Assembly: GCA_044892525.1 (NCBI GenBank)
Contig: CM097886.1
Span: 22,010,001-22,074,000 of the forward strand
DNA length: 64,000 bases
Reading direction: 5' to 3'
From: Schmidtea polychroa
Taxonomy: Eukaryota
Position numbers and translations under genes: made by a program. Of the stretch, positions 1-13,100 are shown in pieces. A model generated the notes under the pieces. It saw only the letters and a list, made by a program, of their open reading frames with translations. It had not been told where the DNA came from and searched no databases. The stretch's first letter is position 1; each line of letters begins with the position of its first letter.

Positions 1-3000
1 GTGACGACCTTTGTGATTGATTCTGTTGATTCTGTCGATTCTGATACAATTCCAGTTCCAGTCACAATTTGTGTTTCGGTTACTTCTTTAGAAACTGATG
101 GAGTGCTTCCTTCTTGTGTAAATACTTCACTTGGTGTGACGACCTTTGTGATTGATTCTGTTGATTCTGTCGATTCTGATACAATTTCAGTTCCAGTCAC
201 AATTTGTGTTTCAGTGACTTCTTTAGAAACTGATGGAGTGCTTATTTCTTGTGTAAATACTTCACTTGGTGTGACGACCTTTGTGATTGATTCTGTTGAT
301 TCTGTCGATTCTGATACAATTCCAGTTCCAGTAACAATTTGTGTTTCGGTGACTTCATTGGAAACTGATGGAGTGCTTATTTCATTTGTAACTACTTCAC
401 TTGGTGTGACGACCTTTGTGATTGATTCTGTTGATTCTGTGGATTCTGATACAATTCCAGTTCCAGTCACAATTTGTGTTTCGGTGACTTCTTTAGAAAC
501 TGATGGAGTGCTTCCTTCTTGTGTAAATACTTCACTTGGTGTGACGACCTTTGTGATTGATTCTGTTGATTCTGTGGATTCTGATACAATTCCAGTTCCA
601 GTCACAATTTGTGTTTCGGTGACTTCTTTAGAAACTGATGGAGTGCTTATTTCTTGTGTAAATACTTCACTTGGTGTGACGACCTTTGTGATTGATTCTG
701 TTGATTCTGTCGATTCTGATACAATTCCAGTTCCAGTAACAATTTGTGTTTCGGTGACTTCATTGGAAACTGATGGAGTGCTTATTTCATTTGTAACTAC
801 TTCACTTGGTGTGACGACCTTTGTGATTGATTCTGTTGATTCTGTGGATTCTGATACAATTCCAGTTCCAGTCACAATTTGTGTTTCGGTGACTTCTTTA
901 GAAACTGATGGAGTGCTTCCTTCTTGTGTAAATACTTCACTTGGTGTGACGACCTTTGTGATTGATTCTGTTGATTCTGTGGATTCTGATACAATTCCAG
1001 TTCCAGTCACAATTTGTGTTTCGGTGACTTCTTTAGAAACTGATGGAGTGCTTATTTCTTGTGTAAATACTTCACTTGGTGTGACGACCTTTGTGATTGA
1101 TTCTGTTGATTCTGTCGATTCTGATACAATTCCAGTTCCAGTAACAATTTGTGTTTCGGTGACTTCATTGGAAACTGATGGAGTGCTTATTTCATTTGTA
1201 ACTACTTCACTTGGTGTGACGACCTTTGTGATTGATTCTGTTGATTCTGTGGATTCTGATACAATTCCAGTTCCAGTCACAATTTGTGTTTCGGTGACTT
1301 CTTTAGAAACTGATGGAGTGCTTCCTTCTTGTGTAAATACTTCACTTGGTGTGACGACCTTTGTGATTGATTCTGTTGATTCTGTCGATTCTGATACAAT
1401 TCCAGTTCCAGTAACAATTTGTGTTTCGGTGACTTCTTTAGAAACTGATGGAGTGCTTCCTTCTTGTGTAAATACTTCACTTGGTGTGACGACCTTTGTG
1501 ATTGATTCTGTTGATTCTGTGGATTCTGATACAATTCCAGTTCCAGTCACAATTTGTGTTTCAGTTACTTCATTGGAAACTGATGGAGAGCTTATTTCAT
1601 TTGTAACTACTTCACTTGGTGTGACGACCTTTGTGATTAATTCTGTCGATTCTGATACAATTCCAGTTCCAGTCACAATTTGTGTTTCGGTGACTTCTTT
1701 AGAAACTGATGGAGTGCTTATTTCTTGTGTAACTACTTCACTTGGTGTGACGACCTTTGTGATTAATTCTGTCGATTCTGATACAATTCCAGTTCCAGTC
1801 ACAATTTGTGTTTCGGTGACTTCTTTAGAAACTGATGGAGTGCTTCCTTCTTGTGTAAATACTTCACTTGGTGTGACGATCTTTGTGATTGATTCTGTTG
1901 ATTCTGTCGATTCTGATACAATTCCAGTTCTAGTCACAATTTGTGTTTCGGTGACTTCATTGGAAACTGATGGAGTGCTTATTTCTTGTGTAACTACTTC
2001 ACTTGGTGTGACGACCTTTGTGATTGATTCTGTTGATTCTGTCGATTCTGATACAATTCCAGTTACAGTCACAATTTGTGTTTTAGTTACTTCAATAGAA
2101 ACTGATGGAGTGCTTATTTCATTTGTAACTACTTCACTTGGTGTGACGACCTTTGTGATTGATTCTGTTGATTCTGTCGATTCTGATACAATTTCAGTTC
2201 CAGTCACAATTTGTGTTTCAGTGACTTCATTGGAAACTGATGGAGTGTTTATTTCATTTGTAACTACTTCACTTGGTGTGACGATCTTTGTGATTGATTC
2301 TGTCGATTCTGTCGATTCTGATACAATTCCAGTTCCAGTCACAATTTGTGTTTCGGTGACTTCTTTAGAAACTGATGGAGTGCTTATTTCATTTGTAACT
2401 ACTTCACTTGGTGTGACGACCTTTGTGATTGATTCTGTTGATTCTGTCGATTCTGATACAATTCCAGTTCTAGTGACAATTTGTGTTTCGGTGACTTCAT
2501 TGGAAATTGATGGAGTGCTTATTTCATTTGTAACTACTTCACTTGGTGTGACGACCTTTGTGATTGATTCTGTCGATTCTGATACAATTCCAGTTCCAGT
2601 CACAATTTGTGTTTCGGTGACTTCTTTAGAAACTGATGGAGTGCTTATTTCTTGTGTAACTACTTCACTTGGTGTGACGATCTTTGTGATTGATTCTGTT
2701 GATTCTGTCGATTCTGATACAATTCCAGTTCCAGTCACAATTTGTGTTTCGGTGACTTCTTTAGAAACTGATGGAGTGCTTATTTCTTGTGTAACTACTT
2801 CACTTGGTGTGACGATCTTTGTGATTGATTCTGTTGATTCTGTCGATTCTGATACAATTTCAGTTCCAGTCACAATTTGTGTTTCGGTGACTTCTTTAGA
2901 AACTGATGGAGTGCTTATTTCTTGTGTAACTACTTCACTTGGTGTGACGATCTTTGTGATTGATTCTGTTGATTCTGTCGATTCTGATACAATTCCAGTT

Positions 3001-3980
3001 CTAGTCACAATTTGTGTTTCGGTGACTTCATTGGAAACTGATGGAGTGCTTATTTCATTTGTAACTACTTCACTTTGTGTGACCACCTTTGTGATTGATT
3101 CTGTCGATTCTGATACAATTCCAGTTCCAGTCACAATTTGTGTTTCGGTGACTTCTTTAGAAACTGATGGAGTGCTTATTTCATTTGTAACTACTTCACT
3201 TGGTGTGACGATCTTTGTGATTGATTCTGTCGATTCTGATACAATTCCAGTTCCAGTCACAATTTGTGTTTCAGTGACTTCTTTAGAAACTGATGCAGTG
3301 CTTCGTTCTTGTGTAAATACTTCACTTGGTGTGACGACCTTTGTGATTAATTCTGTTGATTCTGTCGATTCTGATACAATTCCAGTTCCAGTAACAATTT
3401 GTGTTTCGGTGACTTCTTTAGAAACTGATGGAGTGCTTATTTCTTGTGTAAATACTTCACTTGGTGTGACGATCTTTGTGATTGATTCTGTTGATTCTGT
3501 CGATTCTGATACAATTTCAGTTCCAGTCACAATTTGTGTTTCGGTGACTTCTTTAGAAACTGATGGAGTGCTTCCTTCTTGTGTAAATACTTCACTTGGT
3601 GTGACGATCTTTGTGATTGATTCTGTTGATTCTGTCGATTCTGATACAATTCCAGTTCTAGTCACAATTTGTGTTTCGGTGACTTCATTGGAAACTGATG
3701 GAGTGCTTATTTCATTTGTAACTACTTCACTTGGTGTGACGATCTTTGTGATTGATTTTGTCGATTCTGATAAAATTTCAGTTAAAATTTGTGTTTCAGT
3801 GACTACTTTAGAAACTGATGGAGTACTTATTTCATTTGTAACTACTTCACTTGGTGTGACGACCTTTGTGATTGATTCTGTCGATTCTGATACAATTCCA
3901 GTTCCAGTCACAATTTGTGTTTCGGTGACTTCTTTAGAAACTGATGGAGTGCTTATTTCTTGTGTAATTATTTCGCTCGG
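1..3980. repeat. Coding tandem repeat, ~30 units of 135 bp (some 126 bp), with a 405-bp higher-order repeat
   Basis: Unit variants read directly from the translation; ABC pattern repeated three times in 1-1215. Confidence 0.97.
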
Positions 3981-4199
3981 TGTTATTATTTTGGTTTCTT
4001 GTGAAGTAGTTGGAGTGGAACTGAAAGTATTGATTGGAACACATTCTGAGCAACATTTTCCTGGTAAGATGGTTTTCATGGAATTATTATCGCATCTTAT
4101 AGTGGGGCATTCGTTGGATCGATCTACAGAAATGATCTGGTTATTAATGCACATGTACGTTATACATTCTTCTCCAGGATTAATCCATGTTTCCTCGGG
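1..4199 (-). CDS. Mucin giant exon: vWC remainder plus Ser/Thr/Glu-rich repeat domain (open to window edge)
   Basis: Acceptor AG at 4201-4200, then PEETWINPGEECITYMC...GKCCSECVP, then stop-free repeats EVFTQEGSTPSVSKEVTETQIVTGTGIVSESTESTESITKVVTPS. Absent from the ORF track because no stop falls inside the window. Confidence 0.93.
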
Positions 4200-7100
4200 C
4201 TAAATGGAATATTCATTTGTACAGTTATCTAAAATTATCATATATTATACCGAAACAATTTTATTTCTTTTCTCATCAAAACATGGGCATTTTCTATCGA
4301 CAACACATTGCTTTCCGTCAAATACAAACGGATGTTTGCATTCACAGCTTCCACATGTTGCAGGAATACACAAGTCTTCTCTTTTTAAGGAATTACATAC
4401 ATTTTTCCGACATTTAATAGCTTCGACTTGTTCTTCATAAGGTTTGAGGCATGAACAATTTTGTGAAGGAGTTGTAATTTCTATTCGTGTCGACATACTA
4501 TATCCAATATATATATATTTTTGTATCTAATTAGAGCTTACCAATTATTTTCGAAATAACACATTATTTCTCCTGAGCTCATGCAAATACATTTTCGACA
4601 GGGGATTATTTCATTGTCTCGATCAATTTCATTTACAATTTCTCCTTTCTGAAATTTATATTAAACAAATTTAGACCTCAAAGTATTGATGGAACGTCAG
4701 AACATTTGAAGTATAAATGGTATATAAAATAGACTTTATATTAGATAATTAAAATAATATGCCCCACAAACTATCAAAAATATAATAAAATATNNNNNNN
4801 NNNNNNNNNNNNNNNNNNNNNNNNNNNNNNNNNNNNNNNNNNNNNNNNNNNNNNNNNNNNNNNNNNNNNNNNNNNNNNNNNNNNNNNNNNNNNNNNNNNN
4901 NNNNNNNNNNNNNNNNNNNNNNNNNNNNNNNNNNNNNNNNNNNNNNNNNNNNNNNNNNNNNNNNNNNNNNNNNNNNNNNNNNNNNNNNNNNNNNNNNNNN
5001 NNNNNNNNNNNNNNNNNNNNNNNNNNNNNNNNNNNNNNNNNNNNNNNNNNNNNNNNNNNNNNNNNNNNNNNNNNNNNNNNNNNNAATTACATTTATCGTT
5101 CGATTATTGTAAGTGCAACAAATTTGTTTTTTAACACAGAAATCCTTTTGATATTGTACATAGCCATCTGGACATTCTCCGCAGATAATGACAGAATTTA
5201 AACTTTCTGAGCAGAATTGAGCAATATCTGATGAGTTTCTGTCACACGATAAAAGGCACTTGATCTTCATATTTACACATCTAGTGATTGGTGTGGATAT
5301 GATTCGTGACAATGTCGGCGGAGTCCGAGTGACAGAATAAGTTGATTGCGACGTACAGAGACACTGGCATTCGCATGAATCATTGGTTGGAATCAAATTA
5401 TAGCCACAAGTTCCCTATTTATTTATGATACTCATTATATATTTGTGACAATTGAAACGCACCATATTCATTGAGTTACATTTTTCGTTACAGTTCTCCT
5501 CATCATACGGATCATTTCGACAAATCATTTGACTATTGGTACATGTGCACACTTCACATTTATTGTGTGACCCCTCGGCAATTCTTTCTCCGCTCTTATG
5601 ATAAATTCGTTATTTTATAATTATTAGATAATGGCAACATTTCGTTTATATTATATTAATAGAAATATAATTATATTATTATTATTAGTATTTTCAAACT
5701 TCTTTATCTTCATTTCTTTTCAGATCAGTATTGTTCTATAGTATGAAATAAAATGAAGCTAAAGGAAATTGAAAATGTAAATAGATTAATTGTAAAACAC
5801 AAATAATTCCTAGTGATATTATTTTATTATTAATATTATCATTATTAGTAATATGATAAATATTATTAAATATTAATATTAATATTACCTGATATTTTTT
5901 GCCGTTAAATGTGCAACCTGAAAAGAAGTCACGTTATTTAAAACATCAATAAAGAATTATTTACCCCCTGGGAAAACAATCTCGGTAATCGGATGCGTTG
6001 AAACCTCTGGGGTAGATAAGCAGTCAAAACATCTGCAAATGCATTTATCATCATTCATTATTTCCATGCATTGACCCTATTTCCAAATACGGTAGAAACA
6101 ATCTCCGTTAATAAATTTTAATACCTTTTGTGAGCAAAGACTAGTGCATATTTCCTGTCTGGTGAAAGAACATTTGATGGTATTTTCGGGTTGACAAGTA
6201 CATGTTTTGCACGGTTCAGTCTCATCGATCACGGTTTCATTAACCTGAATCGACAGTCAATTTCAGTTAAATTGTACTGCTCGATAAATAATGGCGTTGG
6301 CTCGTGTTACATGAGGATAATAACGAAATTTGATTTATACTCTTAGAGATCTCCGAAAAAATTCGATAACAATAGCATGCAATGAAGAGCGTTCTATAGA
6401 TATTTCTTTATTAGAGATTTCATTCTATAAACTAATGGTGCTCAAAGTGTGGGTCGCAAAAAACTCCAGTTGGGTCGAGGTTTTATTTAAAGAAAGGGGT
6501 AGCAGTCCGAAAAAGTTTGCGCATTACTGTTATAAACAATAAGAAGCAGGTGATTGAAAAAAATGTATGATATTTTGTGAACAAGACTTTCAATTGTTTT
6601 TGTGTAAGAGTAGGATAGTGCAAACTATTTTATATGATTGAGTGTTGACAAAGTATCAACATTGATAAATACGCTCTTAACTTGTCATGGCACCATCAAA
6701 TTATCTCTTGGATAAACAAGGTGATCAAAATTTCCCTCAGTTTTAATAATAAATAATATTATGTTATGGGTCTTTATAAGCTAATGGGTGTAAACCAGTA
6801 AATAATTCTATGATGTAAAAAATCGACATGGAAAATTTTGATTTTTTATAATAACTTTTAATTTTAATCGAAATAATATTGTTAAAATCGATTTTCTCTA
6901 TTGCATGATCCAAATTTATTCAATTTACAATATTTCGAATATTAAAAACTAATTTTAAATAAATTTAAATTATTGATTTGAATACGTAAAAAGGTCAACC
7001 ATACTCAACCTGCGACCCTAAACACATTTATTACCAAGGAACATGATTGAAAAAAAAGACATCTGACATTCTAAATTTCGTATATCTTGAGATTCGTTTC

Positions 7101-10100
7101 GACTTTAACGCACAGTTAGTTACACCGGAGAGGATTGTCAATTTTTTCGTCATACCAGTATAGTGTTGCGGCCGGCATAACTTTACAAATTATTGTATGT
7201 GGCCCGAAGAAAAAAAGTTGAGTATCATTGGGCAAGATTAGATTATAATTTCAAATAGGGAATATTTTAATAAAATTTTAAGAAAAAAACTTTGACAATT
7301 GAATAATTATTTTTATATACAGTAACAATTCAAATGAATTTTACTTTGAAAAAAATCTATTTTATAGCTGCTATATTTTTATCTTGATTAATTTAAATAT
7401 CGTTATTGTCAATTGTAAATTACAAATTTACTTATAAAGATATAATTTTAGCATTTCTTAATCCATGTAATCTTTGTTATAAGAAGAATTAAGAGGTTTT
7501 TGGGCTAGAATCTGATGAAGACAATGTATATTGGATTAATAACATCAAAAATGTTTTACAGAGTTATACGTGCCATTAATGAATTGCGGAGAAACTAGAG
7601 CCATCATAGAGAAAAAACGATATACACGATTTTTTACCAAAATATATTTATTTTAATATTTCATATATTTTCATTGCTACTATAAATCGAAAATTAATTT
7701 TCTTAAAGCCCTGCCTTTATCAATTGTTGTTTGCTAATGATACTGTTACAAAACTGTGTTATATGAGAAAATAAATGTTTTGTCTATAATAGTAATGAAA
7801 TATAAAAAGTAAGCAAAGACAGATAAATGCTGAACAAAATATAAAGGATAATATCTTAAATAATCAAATCAAACTCGTAATTTTTAATCTTATAAAAGTT
7901 ATAAAGTTTCCCTTCTTATAAAATATCAAATTAACCAGACCAAAATTGGAGGACTTAATATGGTTGCCACGGAGCTGTACTATTTCTTTAGTTTATGTTT
8001 AATGATGTTTATTAAATTAATTATAGAAGGAGGAGTGGTAAGTCATTGAAGACGTTAAATCATCAACATTTTAAATTAATTGAACAATTAAAATAAAGTG
8101 TGATAGGAGATGAATATTTTCAGAAAGTTAGAACGACTGGTAATAGATCTCATTTTTCAAGAAAACACTCCATTTCAAACTCAATTTAACTTCTTCGTTT
8201 CTGTCACTGCGGGATGATCTTATGAAAATTATTTCGAAGCAAACATTATGCCAATTCAGTTATTAGTAAATTTCGTGGAATGGTGAGGGAATTATTACCA
8301 ATTTGGGATACAAGTAGTCAACCTTTAAAAAGATTTTTTGTGGTCTATAGTTAATATTGTAATGTTTCTGGAAAATGACTTACAGATATTGTATTTTAAT
8401 AGTAAGTTGTTAAATTCACAGATGATTTGCTTTTAGCAAGGTGAAATGATTTTGTTAATTGCTTCATAAATGGAAAGATGTCCTTCAAACCGGGTATTGT
8501 ATTGAATATATAATTCAAATATAATTTTATTTACACAAGTGTAAAATTTTTATCAATAACTATATTTACTAAAATTATATTAAATGATATATATTTAAAA
8601 TCAATATCAAATTATTTATAAATAACATTTGAATTTTAAAATAAAAGGGGAGTTTGTTTAAAAAACCAAAAAAAGATGGCAGATAATTAGAAAATAATGA
8701 GGAAAAGCAAGCAACTTCATATTCATTGATGTTTCAACCAATTCCGTTTACAATAGTCAAAAGCTAATTTCAAATTATATTTCCTGTTTTCGAACAGCCC
8801 ATGACAAATTAAAAAAATTTCCGAAGAGTAGATTTATTTCATGAATTCAACAGATCAAGAGAGACCAGTGCTTCTCATCATGTTATGCTCTATGTCCCCA
8901 ACAATAGAGTTTAAAAGTCAAATTGCCCCAGAATATTTTCGTTAAAGAAAGAGAAAAGTCAAAATTTGTTTTTTTGTATATTACTAGTAAAAATCAAAAT
9001 TATAAGGTAAAGATTGCATTGAGAAGATCTTGGTTAGAACTATATCTTCAGTGGTAAGAAATTGTCTCTATCATAATATACATAAAATACGACGTATATA
9101 CTTGAGAAAAATTATGATTTATCAAATTTTAAAAATCCATTAATTTCGATATTGCCCCATATGAGAAGCACTGAGATAGACGGGCTGCAAAGCTGTTGGT
9201 TCCGTCAGAGGAAATATTTGTGATATCGTTAGAATTATTTTATATGTTTAAGACAAAAAAAATTTATTTATAAAGATGCATTTTTAGAAAGTCCATTTAT
9301 TGCTTGATTAAGATTTTGATGTCATTTTCTAGAGAGCATTTATTGTTGTCAAGATTGATATGAAAAATTGGCATATTGAGATATGTTTTGTTAGGGTTTA
9401 AAATGATTATTCTATTTATTTGCTGGCTTAGAAATATATTTATCTTTTGAGGCCTTCGTGGGAAATGTTTGTTGTAATTTAGGCTCTGTTAAGGTATAAA
9501 CGTGGTTCAATGTATTACAAATTAGAAGCAAAATATTAACTAAACAAAATAAGAATATTGACCAATCAAAGAGGAATATAATAATATTGACCAATCAAAG
9601 AGGAATATAAGAATATTGACCAATCAAAGAGGAATATAATAATATTGGTCAATTAAAGAGCTAAATAGGAATATTACGTAATCAAATAGCAAATATAGGA
9701 TATTGCCTAACCAAATAGTGAAATGAAATAAAACATGAATATTAGCCGAAGAGTAAATTAAGAACATTGACAGTAGGAAATAAAGAAATCTTGTGTGGCA
9801 TGGTAAAGCAAGAGATGCAAATGATAGATTTGACTTTGCAACTATTGGATTGGGCAATAAATGATGGAAGGTCAAAATACGGAATCTGATTCCTTATGGG
9901 GTATTTGTTAACATTAAACCTACTTTTATATTTGATTGGTTGGTCAATGTCAGAAGGTTTTGAACCCGTTTTTTTTTATTTGATAAAGAATTTATATAAA
10001 TGCCCTTATCGATAACGAAAATAAGAAAAACTTATTTTAAGCTAGGAACCAATCGAAAGTAATGCTGTTTGTTGTGGAATAGAAGTGACCCAGTATATTA

Positions 10101-13100
10101 CAAGTTTCTTAAACATTAGCAGGCCATCAAAGCTTTCATTTATTGCAACCAGCTTGATAAATTGAATAAAGCTGTTAAGGAAAGAATGCCAGTTGGAGAA
10201 CTGTAGAGAGACCGTGTCTCATCCACGTCAAAGCAGAGCTTGAAACATTCTATATATTGTTTGCAATAATTGATTCAAAGTTTACACACGTTGGAAGTTA
10301 TTGATTTTGATAATTTTTTATGCTATTTATTTTTCAAGTAAATAATGAAATATAGAAACTCTCGGCCAATGAGCTCTATCGGTTGTTTTATAGGATTATT
10401 AGCGAAGGAGTGAGAAAGGAATGTTTCTAGTGAGATTTGATAAAAAAATAAATAGGCAAACTCCCAATCAGGGTACGCTGGAATTCAATGAAATCAATCA
10501 GTTATAAAAATGAATTTTAATGGATAATGGTGGGAGGGGAAATATTTCTATTGGATATTGGCAAAAGTGAAAGCAGAACAGTAGAATGAGCAAAGCCCGA
10601 TTCAAGGGGCCAAGGAACAGTCATAAATATTGATTGTACTGTGTGATATAATCAGTGGAGGAGCATGAGAGAGAGAGACCTAACAAACTTACCCGGTAAA
10701 ATTTGCCCTTGTGGAAGCAGCCTGAAACAAAATCGATAAAACTCGGCAAACGCATCAAGAGCTCTCACCAGTGACAGGAATTGTTGTCGTGATCCGTTCC
10801 GAGCATTGCAAACAGCAATCCTTCATGACAAGCACCTGGCCTTGATTGCAGCTGGTTACCGGTGGACAGATAACATTCGGATCAGTGACGACCTGGTTAT
10901 CGACACATCTGTATTGGTTGCATCGATCGGTCCATGTCTCGTTCGGCTGCCAATTATTCATCGCTCAATTCGATCCGTAACGCAAATATATTATTTCTAC
11001 CTTTCGTATTTTGCCGTCATTATCAACACATTCGCACTGTCTGGTGTCGACGCACGCGGTTCCATTCCATGCGCTCTGTTGCGGACAGACACAAGCATCT
11101 CTGAATCGATTCGGTTACCATGACAAAGTTAGCAATGGATTTACTTGCAGATCCGATTCGTTGTCGTCAGTGAATTGTGGCATTGATTCTCCTGCAAATA
11201 GTGGCAAATTCCCTCGCAATCGTCGATGCATTTGTGAATCAGAGGGGGTTTGCAAGGACCCGTTGTAGAGACGAGTTTTGTTGATGATTGAATAGGCATT
11301 GAAATTGTCGTTTGGGTCGCATTCACGCATTGGCAGCATCTTTCGTCGTCATAACTCACTTTAATCTGCCACTAGAAACAAAATTATCATCGTCGTTTCC
11401 ATTATTTTCATTGATTTTTCATTAATTATTACCGGAAAACAAGAAATCGGACAATTCATTTTCGTTATCCATTCCCCATCGATACACATCGTAATCAAGC
11501 ATTCGTTTTGTTTGATTGTCGTACCTTTCGGTGGACAGCTGACTGTTCCAAATGTTGAACTCGGCTGTATTTCTGTGGTTCCTAATGAATTGAAAAATTT
11601 ATCATTTCCAATCATAATATTTCATTTTTTATCTTACTTTGACTTCCGCATATCTTAATCATCAATTTCCTAATGACAATTACTTCGGTGATTTGATTCG
11701 ATGCTATGAATGAAAATCGCACAAAGTTACCGAAAACTCCGTCTTTAGTTGCACTAGTAAATGTGTATGAGAATAAGTTTCCATCTTTTGTTGAAGACTT
11801 AGTCAATGTCTAAATTTTATTCCATTTCAAATTAATATATTAAATATGATATTATAAATTTGTCAAGTAATATAATAATAAATAATTCAAAATAACTAAC
11901 ATAAGATTCTGCATTTTTCCAATTAACATCTTTCCCAACTATATCGATAATGACATTCGAAACACTTTCTGCTATAATTGAAATTTCAGCAATTAAATTG
12001 ATTTCATTTGGCTGTTTGGGAAGGAATTCAACAACTAGACCAGCATTATTTGAATTGATCGTCCATGATTTATCAGAGTCTAATATAAAATGAATTACTA
12101 ACTTACTTTGAACAGCATTAACAGATGTAAAACTTTGAAACAATTTCAAAGTTTAAATTAATTTTCAAATTGCTATAAATAAATAATTGAAATATTAAAA
12201 CAAGCAACAATGAAAATTTATTTGTCGTTTCTCTCTAAATCATACGTTTGAATAATGATAATAAATTCAAAAAATAAATTTCAAATTAGAAAAATTTTCT
12301 AAGAAAATAGTTTTGAATTGAGTTTTGTTAGACAAGTTTTGTATGATTTAAAAGATTTACAATTTTTTCAAATTTTATAATTATTATAAATTTTTTGGAT
12401 TGACTATAATCCAGAAAACTTCGGTTCATTTTTGTATTTATACTTTACTTAGTCTTTTGTGTTTTAACTTTTTATACTCCTAAAGCCAGATTTACTGTCC
12501 AGCCATTTAATGGTTTTCTACTTCTACTGTCAGTAGTACTGTCAACATTTTACCATTCGTATGTGCTTTTTAATAAGCGTTGTTTTTTGGAGTGGTCATC
12601 ATATAATTCTCAAATCTAAGTCAAACTCCGTTGACTACCAAAATATATTTTAGTTGCTTTGCGTTCAAAATGTTATGAAGTTATGTCTTATACAAAATAT
12701 GAGTACTTTGAGAATAATGGGTTACACCATAATATTTTACTTAATTGAATTTAAAAAGACTATTTTACCGTAAATAACATTTTCTACTGAATTGCCAATG
12801 GAATCGGATTTTAGCTTGTAAAGAATGTTGAGATTTTTTTCAACAGTTAATGTGTACATTTCACATGTTACTAATCGAGTAGATGTCGCTGAGACCATCA
12901 GTGTTGTAGTTCCTTAAGTAGTAAGTTTTTGTTATATATGAAACTAAATTACATGAATTTTCTAACTTATTGAGACACATTCGCAGCATTTGTCTGAATC
13001 CACATGTTGCTTGAGTATCTCTGAATGTTCATCGCAAGTTAAGTTACAGAACTTTGTTTTTGTTACAATATTTCCATCATCGCAGACGTATTTTAGACAT

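Noticed and set aside
1277-1534. Q/K-rich minus-strand ORF
   Set aside because: Alternative frame of the same repeat, open only where one unit variant removes a TGA.
1-3980. CRISPR-like array
   Set aside because: Contiguous coding units without unique spacers, in a eukaryotic intron-exon context with no cas genes.
1-4203. 1400-aa plus-strand ORF as a real gene
   Set aside because: It is the antisense shadow of the mucin repeat exon. In this register a stop needs a sense Tyr codon after T/C or a Gln/His codon after T; the repeat has no Tyr or His and its Gln codons follow ACA. It starts only at the window edge and closes at the mucin splice acceptor, whereas the minus frame splices cleanly to Cys-rich exons.
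7400-8800. Possible degraded LINE (KIGGLNM etc.)
   Set aside because: No RT core motif recognisable; not supportable by eye.
10806-11339. Overlapping ORFs 10806-11123(+), 11011-11268(+), 11115-11339(-)
   Set aside because: Shadow frames of GC-richer mucin exons.
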